Assembly: GCA_002269645.1 (NCBI GenBank)
Contig: NIVC01001982.1
Location: 124,001-188,000 of the forward strand
DNA from: Macrostomum lignano
Taxonomy: Eukaryota
Direction of reading: 5' to 3'
Length of the DNA: 64,000 nucleotides
Shown here: positions 11,104 through 25,099 of the stretch, one piece after another
Layout of the letters: every line of letters begins with the position of its first letter
Numbering within the stretch: position 1 is the first letter of the stretch
Notes under the pieces: model-generated
Database searches by the model: none
Seen by the model: the letters and a program-made list of their open reading frames with translations, nothing else
Told to the model about the DNA's origin: nothing
Translations under genes and position numbers: made by a program

Positions 11104-12486
11104 CTTGAAAAAAAGTAAAAACAACTCTATTTCAGAATTTAAACTCTGAAAAACTCTAGAAAATCTAGCAAATGCCTATGTACATAGAACAATATACAAA
11201 AAACACATAAGCAGTATTGTTCAATCAATTATAAAAGCGGACATTTAATTTGCTTTGAAATTTACTTTGCTAAGTATAAAATTTTCATAAGAAAGCAAGA
11301 AAATAATTTTCATTTGATACCAGATTACTGTCTCAACTTATCAACTATATATTTATAAGTTGTTTGCACTTATCATAAAGTGTTACTTTATGTTAGATAA
11401 AACTCCAACAGAATATGACAGAGTTTAAAAAAGTATTTTAATATAATGCATCGATAAAAGATTAATCCAATATACTAAAAATATGTAGCTGAGCTGAAAA
11501 TAAATAGCCAAGACAAGATGGAAACACAACACTGGACAAATTCATACCTCGTATGAGCTGATCATAAGTTAGAGGAGGTAAAGATATATAAAAAATAAAT
11601 CAGAAAGTTTATTATCTTTTTTTCATTAATGAATATGAAAGCTATATAATTTCAAAATCAAAACTACACGACTTAGTACATGTATTTGTTACGGCCGCTA
11701 TGAAAATGTAGAATAATAACCTAATTGACTTTGTCGAAAACGGTATCCATTATAAATATATTATAAATTATCTAAGTCTTAAATTTAATATTTTTTAAAA
11801 GAATAAATTTTTTGACACAAAAATCACTAGGATTGCAGTTTTTGTACATCTTTATGATAAATAAATGTAGCTTTGTTAAGCTTAGAAGAATCATTTCAGC
11901 AAAAGCAGTCACCGATTATAATTAAAAGTTTTCGGAAAAGCTACACAATAAAAAAGCGATTAATAAAAGATCTCTAATGTTTTACTAAGAGGGTTTTAAC
12001 TAGGGGACTTTATTATTTACATATACATGTACGTTCGTTCAGAAAAATCGATTTCTGACCTAAAGAACTGTTCCAAAATGCTACAATTTTTCAAACAGGT
12101 CGATCGTTACTTACATATATTAGAAGAGCGCTAGCTCGTACAAATTAAAGACTTTCGAAAATTGCGTGTATTTTTGTGTATCAAAAAATTCGTTTTTCTA
12201 TTTCAGTAATTCTATTTTTAATTACTGTATCGATCCTGCGTGCACCTACGTAACCGAATCCAGGAACTTAAAATTTAATTAGTCATTAATTAAGTAGTCC
12301 TTGACTAAATCATGGTTATTGCATAATGAATAATGCAGGGCCTAGTAAAATTGTAGGCAGCAAACAATAAAATATACATGAACACCTTACTGATCTGTGC
12401 CTTTTGTAAGATTTTTGTGCAATCCATGCGGCCCGCGAAATCGGCTGCCAGAAGTACATGTATATGGTGCTGCATGGCGTCGCCTA

Positions 12487-13627
12487 GTGCTGGCGCCCCT
12501 GGTGCTGGCGCCCCTGGTGCTGGCGCCCCTGGTGCTGGCGCCCCTGGTGCTGGCGCCCCTGGTGCTGGCGCCCCTGGTGCTGGCGCCCCTGGTGCTGGCG
12601 CCCCTGGTGCTGGCGCCCCTGGTGCTGGCGCCCCTGGTGCTGGCGCCCCTGGTGCTGGCGCCCCTGGTGCTGGCGCCCCTGGTGCTGGCGCCCCTGGTGC
12701 TGGCGCCCCTGGTGCTGGCGCCCCTGGTGCTGGCGCCCCTGGTGCTGGCGCCCCTGGTGCTGGCGCCCCTGGTGCTGGCGCCCCTGGTGCTGGCGCCCCT
12801 GGTGCTGGCGCCCCTGGTGCTGGCGCCCCTGGTGCTGGCGCCCCTGGTGCTGGCGCCCCTGGTGCTGGCGCCCCTGGTGCTGGCGCCCCTGGTGCTGGCG
12901 CCCCTGGTGCTGGCGCCCCTGGTGCTGGCGCCCCTGGTGCTGGCGCCCCAGGTGCTGGCGCCCCTGGTGCTGGCGCCCCTGGTACTAAAGCCCCTGGTGC
13001 TGGCGCCCCTGGTGCTGGCGCCCCTGGTGCTGGCGCCCCTGGTGCTGGCGCCCCTGGTGCTAAAGCCCCTGGTGCTAAAGCCCCTGGTGCTGGCGCCCCT
13101 GGTGCTAAAGCCCCTGGTGCTAAAGCCCCTGGTGCTAAAGCCCCTGGTGCTAAAGCCCCTGGTGCTAAAGCCCCTGGTGCTAAAGCCCCTGGTGCTGGCG
13201 CCCCTGGTGCTGGCGCCCCTGGTGCTGGCGCCCCTGGTGCTGGCGCCCCTGGTGCTGGCGCCCCTGGTGCTGGCGCCCCTGGTGCTGGCGCCCCTGGTGC
13301 TAAAGCCCCTGGTGCTAAAGCCCCTGGTGCTAAAGCCCCTGGTGCTAAAGCCCCTGGTGCTAAAGCCCCTGGTGCTCTAAAGCCCCTGGTGCTAAAGCCC
13401 TGGTGCTCTAAAGCCCCTGGTGCTAAAGCCCTGGTGCTCTAAAGCCCCTGGTGCTAAAGCCCCTGGTGCTCTAAAGCCCCTGGTGCTAAAGCCCCTGGTG
13501 CTAAAGCCCTGGTGCTCTAAAGCCCCTGGTGCTAAAGCCCCTGGTGCTCTAAAGCCCCTGGTGCTAAAGCCCTGGTGCTCTAAAGCCCCTGGTGCTAAAG
13601 CCCTGGTGCTCTAAAGCCCCTGGTGCT
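12487..13627. repeat. 15-bp minisatellite (GGTGCTGGCGCCCCT changing to GGTGCTAAAGCCCCT)
   Basis: Read directly: about 75 tandem units, with a polar change in variant type from left to right. Confidence 0.97.
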
Positions 13628-14289
13628 ACCCACCCCTCAAATGAAATAGCGCTTTCAAAGACACACCCTTTACAAAATTCTGTCGGTCCACGTCCCTGGT
13701 GCATGTGAAACCATGCATTTCCATACACTTTTTAGCCTCTACTTTGGTAGCGTTAGCATAGCTTTAAATGATGAAATAATTGTCCGAGTAATTTGCAGAA
13801 CATGTGCATGCACACTTTATTTTCAACTACGCTTGTTAGAAAGCAGTCGCAGACACATTCATAAACCTCCTGTAATTAACGGACCAACGCCATTTTTACA
13901 GTGCAGCGCCGTTTTCATGAGCACAGTTCAGCTGCAACTCGCATGTTGGCAAATTTTAGTGAAGATAATACATAGCAGCTGCACTGGATGAAGGGGTTGT
14001 GGCCGGTTCTGCAGCCGGTTAGCAGCGGAGTCTTCACGCATGGAAACTTAATTGCTTAATAGTTGGCTCTGTGTGGCAAATTTTGATGCTGCTGTGTGAT
14101 TCTGGACTCTCCCTCTTGCCACCCCTCCTCTCTCTCAGTTACTCCTACTCTCTCCCTACCACTTGCTAAAACTCTTCTGTCTATATGCTGGCTCTAGTTA
14201 ATTGGGATCATAAAGCAATATACATATACACATAGCTTATATGTATGCATATAGAGAATTGTTTTAATATACTTAAACAACGCCGAAGC

Positions 14290-15106
<817 letters not shown>

Positions 15107-15201
15107 CGTTTGAAAAAACCTCTCACGCAGTGGCAGCTCTAACCAAGGTAACTGAGAAATAAATAAGATAGTCACAAAGGTAAAAAAATATAAGAATTAT
15201 G

Positions 15202-15247
15202 GTAAACCGATATTTCGGCCGTGAAATGGCCTTCGTCAGGGTTTTAC
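15202..15247 (-). ncRNA. Minimal type I hammerhead ribozyme (PLE-associated)
   Basis: Minus strand reads GTAAAACC-CTGACGA-A-GGCC-atttcac-GGCC-GAAA-TATC-GGTTTAC: CUGANGA and GAAA cores, stem II GGCC/GGCC, palindromic mini stem III with an AUC cleavage triplet, stem I GTAAAACC/GGTTTAC with one bulge. Confidence 0.8.
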
Positions 15248-15366
15248 AATAGTATAATTGTGCTATAAAATGGAACGAAGTTTATATTGTAAGTGGGAAA
15301 TAAAATGTATTGTGAGTTAGTTTATAAAATCAAATAGCGTCTCCGTCGCACGTTGCTCAATAGTGC

Positions 15367-17631
15367 TCACTCTGAAAGTTTAATCAATACCATCAGTGAG
15401 GGCAGGCAGTTTTGAGGGGCAAAGAATTCCTTTAGAGAGGGTGCTCGAGTGTACGCAGCAAAAGTGTCCAACCCATGTGCATGGTTTGAGAGAACAGTGC
15501 GAATTTCGTGTACAATATTAGTCGATCTATCCGTAAAAGGAATAACTATTGGGATACAAGCGCTTGTGTTGCTGTTAATTGTATTGAGGCCTGCAGGTGA
15601 CTGCGTGCTCAGCAGGGAGATGAGTTTCTGTTCCATGACCCTGCGTCTGCGTAGCGCTCCTTCTTTGCTGGTCTCGCTCTCGGTGCTGAGATACCAGAGC
15701 CCCATGAAGCGAAGATCGTCGAGGCAGTGATTCGGAGAGCAAAAATGTCTGCTAACAGGGGTGTCCTTAGCGAGCCTAATGTCACTTAGGTGGGCCTGGA
15801 GTCTGACCTTGATAGCTCCACCTGTTTCGCCGACATAAATGCAACGGCCATTGCAGGTGTTGCAAAGAATTGCGTAGACCGCGCACCTGGAGTCACAGCG
15901 GACCTTCTGGCAAATTCTGTAGGCCATTTTAGTTGCTGTGGAACCGGGACAAACTTGGCCAAAGCAGCCGTGTCGTCGGCATACAGCACAGTCTCGGTTT
16001 CTGCAGTCTTGGAAGCCGAAAGCCCACTGAAAATCTATGTAAAGTCCAAGTTGTATGAGAGCTGACTTTTTAGCGTCTCGGATCAAGCGGACCGAGTGTC
16101 CCTGCTTTTTAAGGATGCTCATCAGGCTGCTGCTAGCCTTGTCAAAGTCCTCTTTGAAGGCGCAGCGGCGAGCGTAGCGGAGAAACTGGGATTTCATGAT
16201 GCCTTTGAATGTGTGCTCTGGGTGAAAAGAATTCGGGTTCAATAATTGGCGGGAATCCGTGGGTTTGAAGTAGATCGAGCAGGTTAATCTCTTCCTGTTG
16301 TCTTCGTTAGTCAAAGAGACACAGCAGTCCAAAAAGTTGATTTTATCTCTACTGTATTGCATTGTGAGGCGTATGTTATTGTCGCAGCTGTTCAGATGTC
16401 TGTGTAGCTGCTCCAGTTGTGCCTCCGTCCCGATGAAAGTCATGAAAATATCATCAATGTAGCGCTTGTAAAAATGAGGGGCAAAAGGAGCTGTGTTCAA
16501 AGCTTTGGACTCCCAATCGGACATGAAAATATTGGCATAGGATGGAGCAAAAGATTTTCCCATGCTTGTGCCCTTAACCTGCAGATAGCGTTTTTCGTTG
16601 AACACCATGTCATTCTTAGTCAGATTGATGTCAAGGAGCTCCAGTAGTTTCTCGTCAGGTCTTGATGGTTGAGGAAAGTTTTGAAAAGCGTCCCTAACAG
16701 CTTTAATCCCCTTTTCCGTAGGTATGTTCGTGTACAAGGATTCGACATCCATTGTGACCAGGAAGACGCTCTCTTCTTTGTCGTACGTCAAGTCATGAAT
16801 AGCTGCTTGAAAGTGATCAGTGTCTCTAATGAAGGAGTTCTGTTCCTTGGCAATAGGCTGCAGATAGAGATCGATGAACCTGGCACTCATGTAACTTTCG
16901 GAGTTGCAGTCAGAGACAATGGGTCGGCCTGGAGGGATTCCACGGGTTGGCCAAGTCTCCGGATCCTTGTGAATTTTCGGAAGTAGATAGAAAATCCTAT
17001 CCCTCGGCTCCGCAGGTGGAACCAGCTGGAAATATTGGTGATTATTGATGACCTTTTCGTCTCTCAAATCTTGAAAGATTTTTTTGATTCGAGGAGCGGT
17101 TTGGATTCTTGAAGCCGAATCAATCGGTTTATAGAAGCTGGAATTAGAAAGTTGTCTGCTGGCTTCTGCTATGTAATCCTCGCGGTTTAAGACTACCAGG
17201 TTACTGCCTTTGTCGGCAGGCTTAATGACGATACTTTTGTTGTTGCGGAGACTTTACAGTGCATGTCGAAGGTCCTGTGGCAAATTTGGTTTGTTGGAAA
17301 TGACATCTGGGATTTTGACTTTGTCCAGCGCATCAAAGAGGTCTTTGTGTGACTGCCACTTATCCAGATTGATGTTAGGAATTGAGGCGCGTCCTGTTGC
17401 GTGCAGAGTGAAAGCACAGGTTCGGCGCTGGAGAAGGGAGTTCAGCGCGATGCGCTGTTTGAAGTTCCTGACGGACTCGAAAAGAAGTTCAGAACCTATC
17501 CGTAAAGGGGCTGGCACGAAGTTTTTCCCCATTTCTAAAACTTGAGTTTCGCTTTCAGACAGAGTGACACTAGATAGGTTGAGCACAGAGCTGCTGCTAG
17601 CAGTCTCTGTCCTGTCTAGTTTTTTTGGACT
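15367..17631 (-). pseudogene. PLE ORF2: reverse transcriptase + Cys linker + GIY-YIG endonuclease, one in-frame stop
   Basis: VLNLSSVTLSESETQVLEMGKNFVPAP; AL*SLRNNKSIVIKPADKG (TAA 17254-17256, same frame as ORF 15367..17067); VTMDVESLYTNI; GTSMGKSFAPSYANIFM; RYIDDIF; CRNRDCAVC linker; AVYAILC..C...IYVGETG...RLQAH. Confidence 0.92.
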
Positions 17632-18392
17632 TTATTGTATGCAATGCGGAACGCTTTCGAAGAGGACTCGTTCGACATTGTGATATGGTTGGGACAGAAG
17701 GATAGACTACCTGCTGCCAAAGCAATATGGTTGCTCTTGTTGAGAGTGCGGAGGTGGCGGTTTACTTTTTCCGCTGCTTGTCGGAAGTTGTCAGGTGCAT
17801 CGGGAGCAACTACCTGATCGGCCGTATAGACCTTGGCTTTGGGAAAGGCTCTACCACAATGATTGAAGATTGTGGTCAGCTGCTTGTCGATAACGCCTTC
17901 AAACTGTCTTTGAAGGTCCTGGCCCCATGGGAACAGGATCACACTCTTGACGTTCGACACGGAGTTGGCTGCCTGTTCGCGAAGTAGCTTGACTAAGTTT
18001 TCAGCTCTTAAGTTAGGAAAAATTTCGAATTGGATCTCCGGGTGCTCCGCTGCTGGCTGAGACAGGGTTTCATCTCCAATCACTACTGTCTGTTTAACCA
18101 CGGAGGACAATTTCCGATTCTTCTTGGGACCTTTGTGGATCACCACAGTAGATGGCGGTGCGGTTGGTGCTGGGTCCGAAGACTGCTCGAGTTGGTCAGG
18201 CTGACCCTCATCAAGGCTGGAGTCGACCGCATGTGCGTCGGTTTCTGTGGCCTCTGTGGACTGCGAATGCATCTCAGCAGTTTCGTTCGAGGGTGTCAAA
18301 AAGATCGGTGATTGAGCACTGTCTAGGCTAGCACCTGCACTGATGCTGCCGGTAGCAGGTGGGGATGTCTGATCGCAGACCACCCCCGTGTC
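17616..18392 (-). CDS. PLE ORF1 (5'-truncated): low-complexity region + degenerate SGNH/GDSL-like domain
   Basis: VVIGDETL...EIFPNL...VKSVILFPWGQD...AFPKAKVY...KVN..L...PNHITM follows the SGNH block order. The catalytic Ser and DxxH are not conserved. The ORF ends CAA AAA AAC TAG. Confidence 0.65.
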   Translation of the reverse strand, partial: DTGVVCDQTSPPATGSISAGASLDSAQSPIFLTPSNETAEMHSQSTEATETDAHAVDSSLDEGQPDQLEQSSDPAPTAPPSTVVIHKGPKKNRKLSSVVKQTVVIGDETLSQPAAEHPEIQFEIFPNLRAENLVKLLREQAANSVSNVKSVILFPWGQDLQRQFEGVIDKQLTTIFNHCGRAFPKAKVYTADQVVAPDAPDNFRQAAEKVNRHLRTLNKSNHIALAAGSLSFCPNHITMSNESSSKAFRIAYNKVQKN

Positions 18393-20365
<1,973 letters not shown>

Positions 20366-21110
20366 ATAAAATGAAACTCTGGCTTCATTATTCTTACTAT
20401 TGAAAATTCATTAGGCATCCATCAAAATCCATTACCCCGACACGGGAGAATTTCAATGAAAAAACTGAGTAAAAAATTTCAATCAAAAGGATGAGCATCA
20501 GAAAAAACAAAATTCAGTGAATCGCAACTCAATGCCGGTAAAATGCCACGCGTTTTGGGGATGGGGTGTTTTGTTGAGCCCCGACTCAAATTAGTGTTTT
20601 TCTATAAACTCATCCCTGCTCTGCGCTCCTCTCCGGCAGTCGGCCGGTCTTCTCAGTCGCTTTTTTGGGGACTTTTTTAAAGGCCTAACAAGCGTTTTTT
20701 GTAGTTCTGCTGTAAGCTGTCATCGCGTGCCTGTGCTCCATCGCTGTGACTGGGCGCAAAACTTCTCAACTTGTGCCTATGCAGGGCAGACGCGGCCTAC
20801 CACTCTCCTCTCCTCTGCTCCCCTCTGCTCCCCTCTGCCTCTCCCTCAGTCTCTGAGCCTCATGGCTGCATGCCGCTCCCCCAGCAGAGCTGACCAATTG
20901 TTAGCAGTCAGTGCTGAGAATGCCACTTCTCTGCAGACAGCTTCCATCTGTCTCCTAGCAGACACAGCCACCCAGTACCAACCGTTAAATATTCTCTAAA
21001 ATTTTGACGTCACCACAAGCATGCTTATCCACTTGGAGCAATGATAGCGTTTTGACGCTTTTGTTCTAAAAAACTTCTAAGAGCTTGTGGGCGCCTCTGA
21101 GCTGAGAGCA

Positions 21111-21889
21111 ATGTACTCATTTCTCCGAGTCGCGCAGCGGGGGCGGGGCAAGTCCCGCCGGTGCAAAAAATCCGCCGCGGCAGCCGCAGCCGAAGCCGCC
21201 TGTCCCGAGCCGGACGATGCATCAAAGACCAACGCGAATGCGGCAGACAGCGGTACTACAGCCTCCGCTCCGCATCAACCCCATCATCAGCATCGGAGCG
21301 CAGTTGTCGACGGAGTTGCTGGCAGTTTACGCCGACAAGAATCAAGCTGCGACAGCGGCTGCCAGCGAGTCAGCATCAACGTGGCTGGAGAAATATTCGA
21401 AACTCAGCTGAGAACGCTGCGTCGATTTCCCGGCACTCTGCTTGGCAACGACCAGAAGCGGCTGCAGTACTGGGACGCCAGTCGAGGACAGTACTTCTTC
21501 GACAGGCACCGCCCTTCGTTCGCCGCGATACTCAACTATTACCAGTCTGGCGGCAGGCTGCGTCGGCCGAACGAAGTGCCTGAGGAGGTGTTCTACGAGG
21601 AGCTGAGATTCTTTCAACTTGATGAAGCCGTCATTCGCAGCTTCTTAGTGTCCGAAGGTTACTCGCAGCTCACAGTGCGGCACTGGAGTCAGCCGAGCTG
21701 GAGAACCAGCCTGTTCTCTGCGCTGCACTATCCGAAGACTACCAAGTTTGGCAGGCTGCTGGTGGCGCCCAGCGTGGCCATCATCATCCTGTCAGTGGCG
21801 CTGCACTGCCTGCACTCGCAGCCAGACCCGTGCACCGCGGCTGATGGCACCGGGGAGGATGGCAACAGGAGCTCCGCGGCTTCGACACG
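21111..21889 (+). CDS. Shaker/Kv1-family voltage-gated K+ channel, exon 1 (T1 domain, S1)
   Basis: RVSINVAGEIFETQLRTLRRFPGTLLG...YFFDRHRPSFAAILNYYQSGGRLRRP..VP.EVFYEELRFFQL. Donor CG|GTGAGT at 21889/21890. Confidence 0.92.
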
Positions 21890-22388
21890 GTGAGTGTCTG
21901 GTAAAGCTTCTGGGAACCCTGGTGCAACGTCTTCGTCGATATAATCCTACAACTAGCAAAGAGGTAGTTCTGCCCGTTTCCCTGACCCCTGAGCACATGC
22001 AAGCGCGCGGAACGCTTTCATACGCTCGCTCACAAAGGGTGTACAGCAGCTCAGACGTTCTAATCGTCAAATATGTACACTCACTGAGCCTTGTCCTGAT
22101 TGGGTGAGAATTGGACGACAATCTGGCCACGCAATCTGAAAATGTTATCCCATAAAAAACGCTTTTGTGGCTGAGGTGCGTCGTACTGTTTGGCCCTTCA
22201 GATTTTCCTTTAGAGACGGAATACCTTTTAAAAGGAATTAAAACTATAGAGTATGTATGGTTGGATCTATCAATTCAACCCGAGAGGGAACTCAGCAAGT
22301 ATGTTATTTTTACCTGCGGAACTTGCCACCCCTAACGGGCCCATCACTGAAAAAAGCAAAAACATGCTCCATCGACCGACTTCTGCAG

Positions 22389-23124
22389 CTACCTGCCGCT
22401 GGTATTCGGTCCCAAGCAAATGTCAATCAGCTCCAACAGTCTATGGTTTACCAGACTCGAATTCGCTTGCGTCTCTTGGTTCGCTCTGGAGTTTTGCATC
22501 AAAGTGGCCGTCTGCCCGCTGCCCCGAACTCACCTGGTCCGTTCCGCGGCTGTTTGGCTTGACGCGATCAGCTTTACGCCCTACTTCATCTCAGTTGCCA
22601 TGGAATCGTTGGGAAGATTCTGCGCCGACAGCGGCCTGATGCGAGCATTGCACTTTAGCCATGTGTTGAGAATCTTCAAACTGTACCGCTACGTGACCGG
22701 GATGCAAATTCTGGGCAGGACGCTCAGGATGAGCATCCGGGAGCTCACCATGTTTCTGTTCTTCGTTGGCGTCAGTGTGGTTTTGTTCGCTTCGGCGATT
22801 CACCAAGCGGAAGGAGCGGTGCACCGGCAGTTCCAGAGCATCCCGCACGCGTTCTGGTGGGCGGTGATCAGCTTGTGCACCGTCGGGTACGGAGACGCAG
22901 TGCCGCGAACCCTGGTTGGCAAGCTGATTGGTTCAGCGTGCGTTGTAGCCGGGGTCATGACGGTGGCCCTGCCAGTTCCTGTCATCGTCACGAACTTCAA
23001 CAGCGTCTACAGGCGGACGGTGCTGTCAAAGCGGGTGCAAAATCGACCAGAGCTGCTGCACAAAAAATTGCTACATCCGGTGAAATGCTGTGCAATCAGG
23101 TCGTCTGCGGACATTGTTGAGTAG
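22389..23124 (+). CDS. Shaker/Kv1-family channel, exon 2 (S2-S6, pore)
   Basis: Acceptor ctgcAG|C is in phase with exon 1. S4 LMRALHFSHVLRIFKLYR, pore AFWWAVISLCTVGYGD, S6 ALPVPVIVTNF. Confidence 0.92.
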
Positions 23125-24603
23125 TGATCTAAGATTCTTTCATTGTCCTAATTTCAAGTTTCGTACTTTTTTGAAGCTACATGTCAGTGTCAGACACTTT
23201 ATTAAGCTACATTAAGTTCTCAGCTATTTCTAGAAGAGTTCACTGCTTTTAAAGTAAGTTAACTTCTTAATTTATACTCGGTTAAAACAAACTTAAAGTT
23301 TTAATAGAGTTTTGAGAAGTAAAAAAGCATTTTAGCATCATTTTACTGTCATACTTGTACAAATTTTGATTATGATTGTTAGTAACCAATATTTTCAAGA
23401 TAAACTTACTATGAGGAAGCTGTGAAAAAATTTTTGTTGTATCCTAAAGCTGTCAACTAATTTTGGTGGAATGTTGCTCGAGGAGGTGCTACTTTCAGGG
23501 ACTCAAGGATGCTCCTGGAAGAGATGCTGTTGTTACATGTAGGACTCAAGGATGCTTGTGCAGGTTGTGCTGATTGTAGGGTGGATTTTATTGGGATAAG
23601 TTTTATTCGGGGCCAAATTTTTCACAGCTTCTATCTCAAACGTTGTAGAATTACATGTACGTCATTTAAGATTTAACTTAGGATACTTTCTTAGGCCAGC
23701 TTAAAAATATTGGTCATTTCTTGGTGAGACTGATAAAAAGAATTGAATTTGCTCAGCCATAATTTGCATTATACGCGTGACATTCACAATTTGCTACTGA
23801 GCACTACTACATGTAAGTAGTCACTAACGCATTGCAGCGAATATTTTACTTGCACGCAAAAAATTTTCTTACAACGCGCGAATACCAAATGCTCAATTTT
23901 CCAAAACAACAATGTTTATTACAATTTGACAATAAAGACTTCAAATTCTCATCTAACACACAGACTTGTATTTTTTTTATTTTCAAGCTAGCTATGAATT
24001 ACTCAAATTAATTATCCAAGTATCCGAAAGATAAAGCAAAGAAAGTTCCTGGGGTTTTATTTAATAATCATCCGGAAGGAAGTCGCACGGTCGGGTTTAA
24101 AAACAAAAAGAAACAACCTCATTCAAACAAACAATGTGCTCAAAAATCAACTTTTCAAACCGAATTGACTGCACGAAATTTTATGATCATGGAAAATTAC
24201 ACGGAAGGACTGTCACAGACAAAAAACTAACTTGCTACATTTGCAATTCAATGATTAATTAAGCCTCCCATCTTTTTTAAGATCCCCCTGTTCGTTCTTT
24301 AATATCCTCATTTTCCTTCTACAACCGCTCGAATTCATTTTGAAATGCATTGGAGAGACGGAAAATCTAATTTTTTTGGAGTACTTAATGCAGTATTTGT
24401 TACCTCTGCCTTACTTACGATAATCGCACGAGGCTATTATGTATTTGGACCGAGCTAATTGAGATTGCCGATAGTTTAGTGCTAAAAATAGACAAAATTT
24501 TCTATTTCTCTAATGGGAGACGAGACTTCAAAGCAAAGTTAAGCGCGAAAATCAAGTATTGCGTCCTGATACGATGGTTATAACTGAATTATCAAATAAA
24601 ACT

Positions 24604-24981
24604 TCATTCAACAACATTAGGCATTAGCGGTTCCAGCACAGCCCTGGCTGGTCCGTCTGTACTCAAATCCGGACTGCTATCGGACAGGTCGAGCACTTCG
24701 GGCAGCCTCCAGGCCTGGCTCTGGTCCCGCTCTCGACAGGACTCCACGCTCAGGCCTGGCTGAGACATGGCCGCCGTGTGCCGCAAGGTTAGGCACTGGC
24801 CAGTGGCCGGGTGGTAAATCTGCCTGTCCCCGGTATCCTCGTACCGCCAGCTCTGGTATTTGCCGTAGCCTCCATAGCCTTGACAGGCCACGAGGGTCAG
24901 GGCGCGACCGTTGTAGTGCAAGCAGTCTGTTTCACGGATCAGCTCGCCGTGCTCCGACAGAGTCCAGACTTGATTGCCGCC
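24604..24981 (-). CDS. GalNAc-T exon 4: ricin B lectin domain
   Basis: Acceptor tacAG|GGC GGC AAT CAA GTC TGG (GGNQVW). QxW motifs QSW and QAW, and TGQCL. Confidence 0.85.
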   Translation of the reverse strand, partial: GGNQVWTLSEHGELIRETDCLHYNGRALTLVACQGYGGYGKYQSWRYEDTGDRQIYHPATGQCLTLRHTAAMSQPGLSVESCRERDQSQAWRLPEVLDLSDSSPDLSTDGPARAVLEPLMPNVVE

Positions 24982-25099
24982 CTGTAGAGTAATAGTAGTG
25001 TGGTTAGCGTTTTAATGATATATTTATTATTTTCATTTAATATTAATTTTTATATTTCCTGCAATTGATTGATGATTGACATAAATGAGTAGGGGAAAG

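Larger units (their letters stand above)
15107..18392 (-). mobile_element. Penelope-like retroelement (Neptune-type), apparently 5'-truncated, inserted in a (GATA)n array
   Basis: RT + GIY-YIG ORF, upstream SGNH-like ORF1 and 3' hammerhead motif. Both ends abut GATA repeats directly. Confidence 0.92.

Noticed and set aside
12378-13442. (GAPGA)n collagen/elastin-like ORF and (LAPLV)n ORF
   Set aside because: Both arise from a stop-free 15-bp DNA repeat with no synonymous variation. The array degenerates by non-triplet indels, and there is no signal peptide or unique domain.
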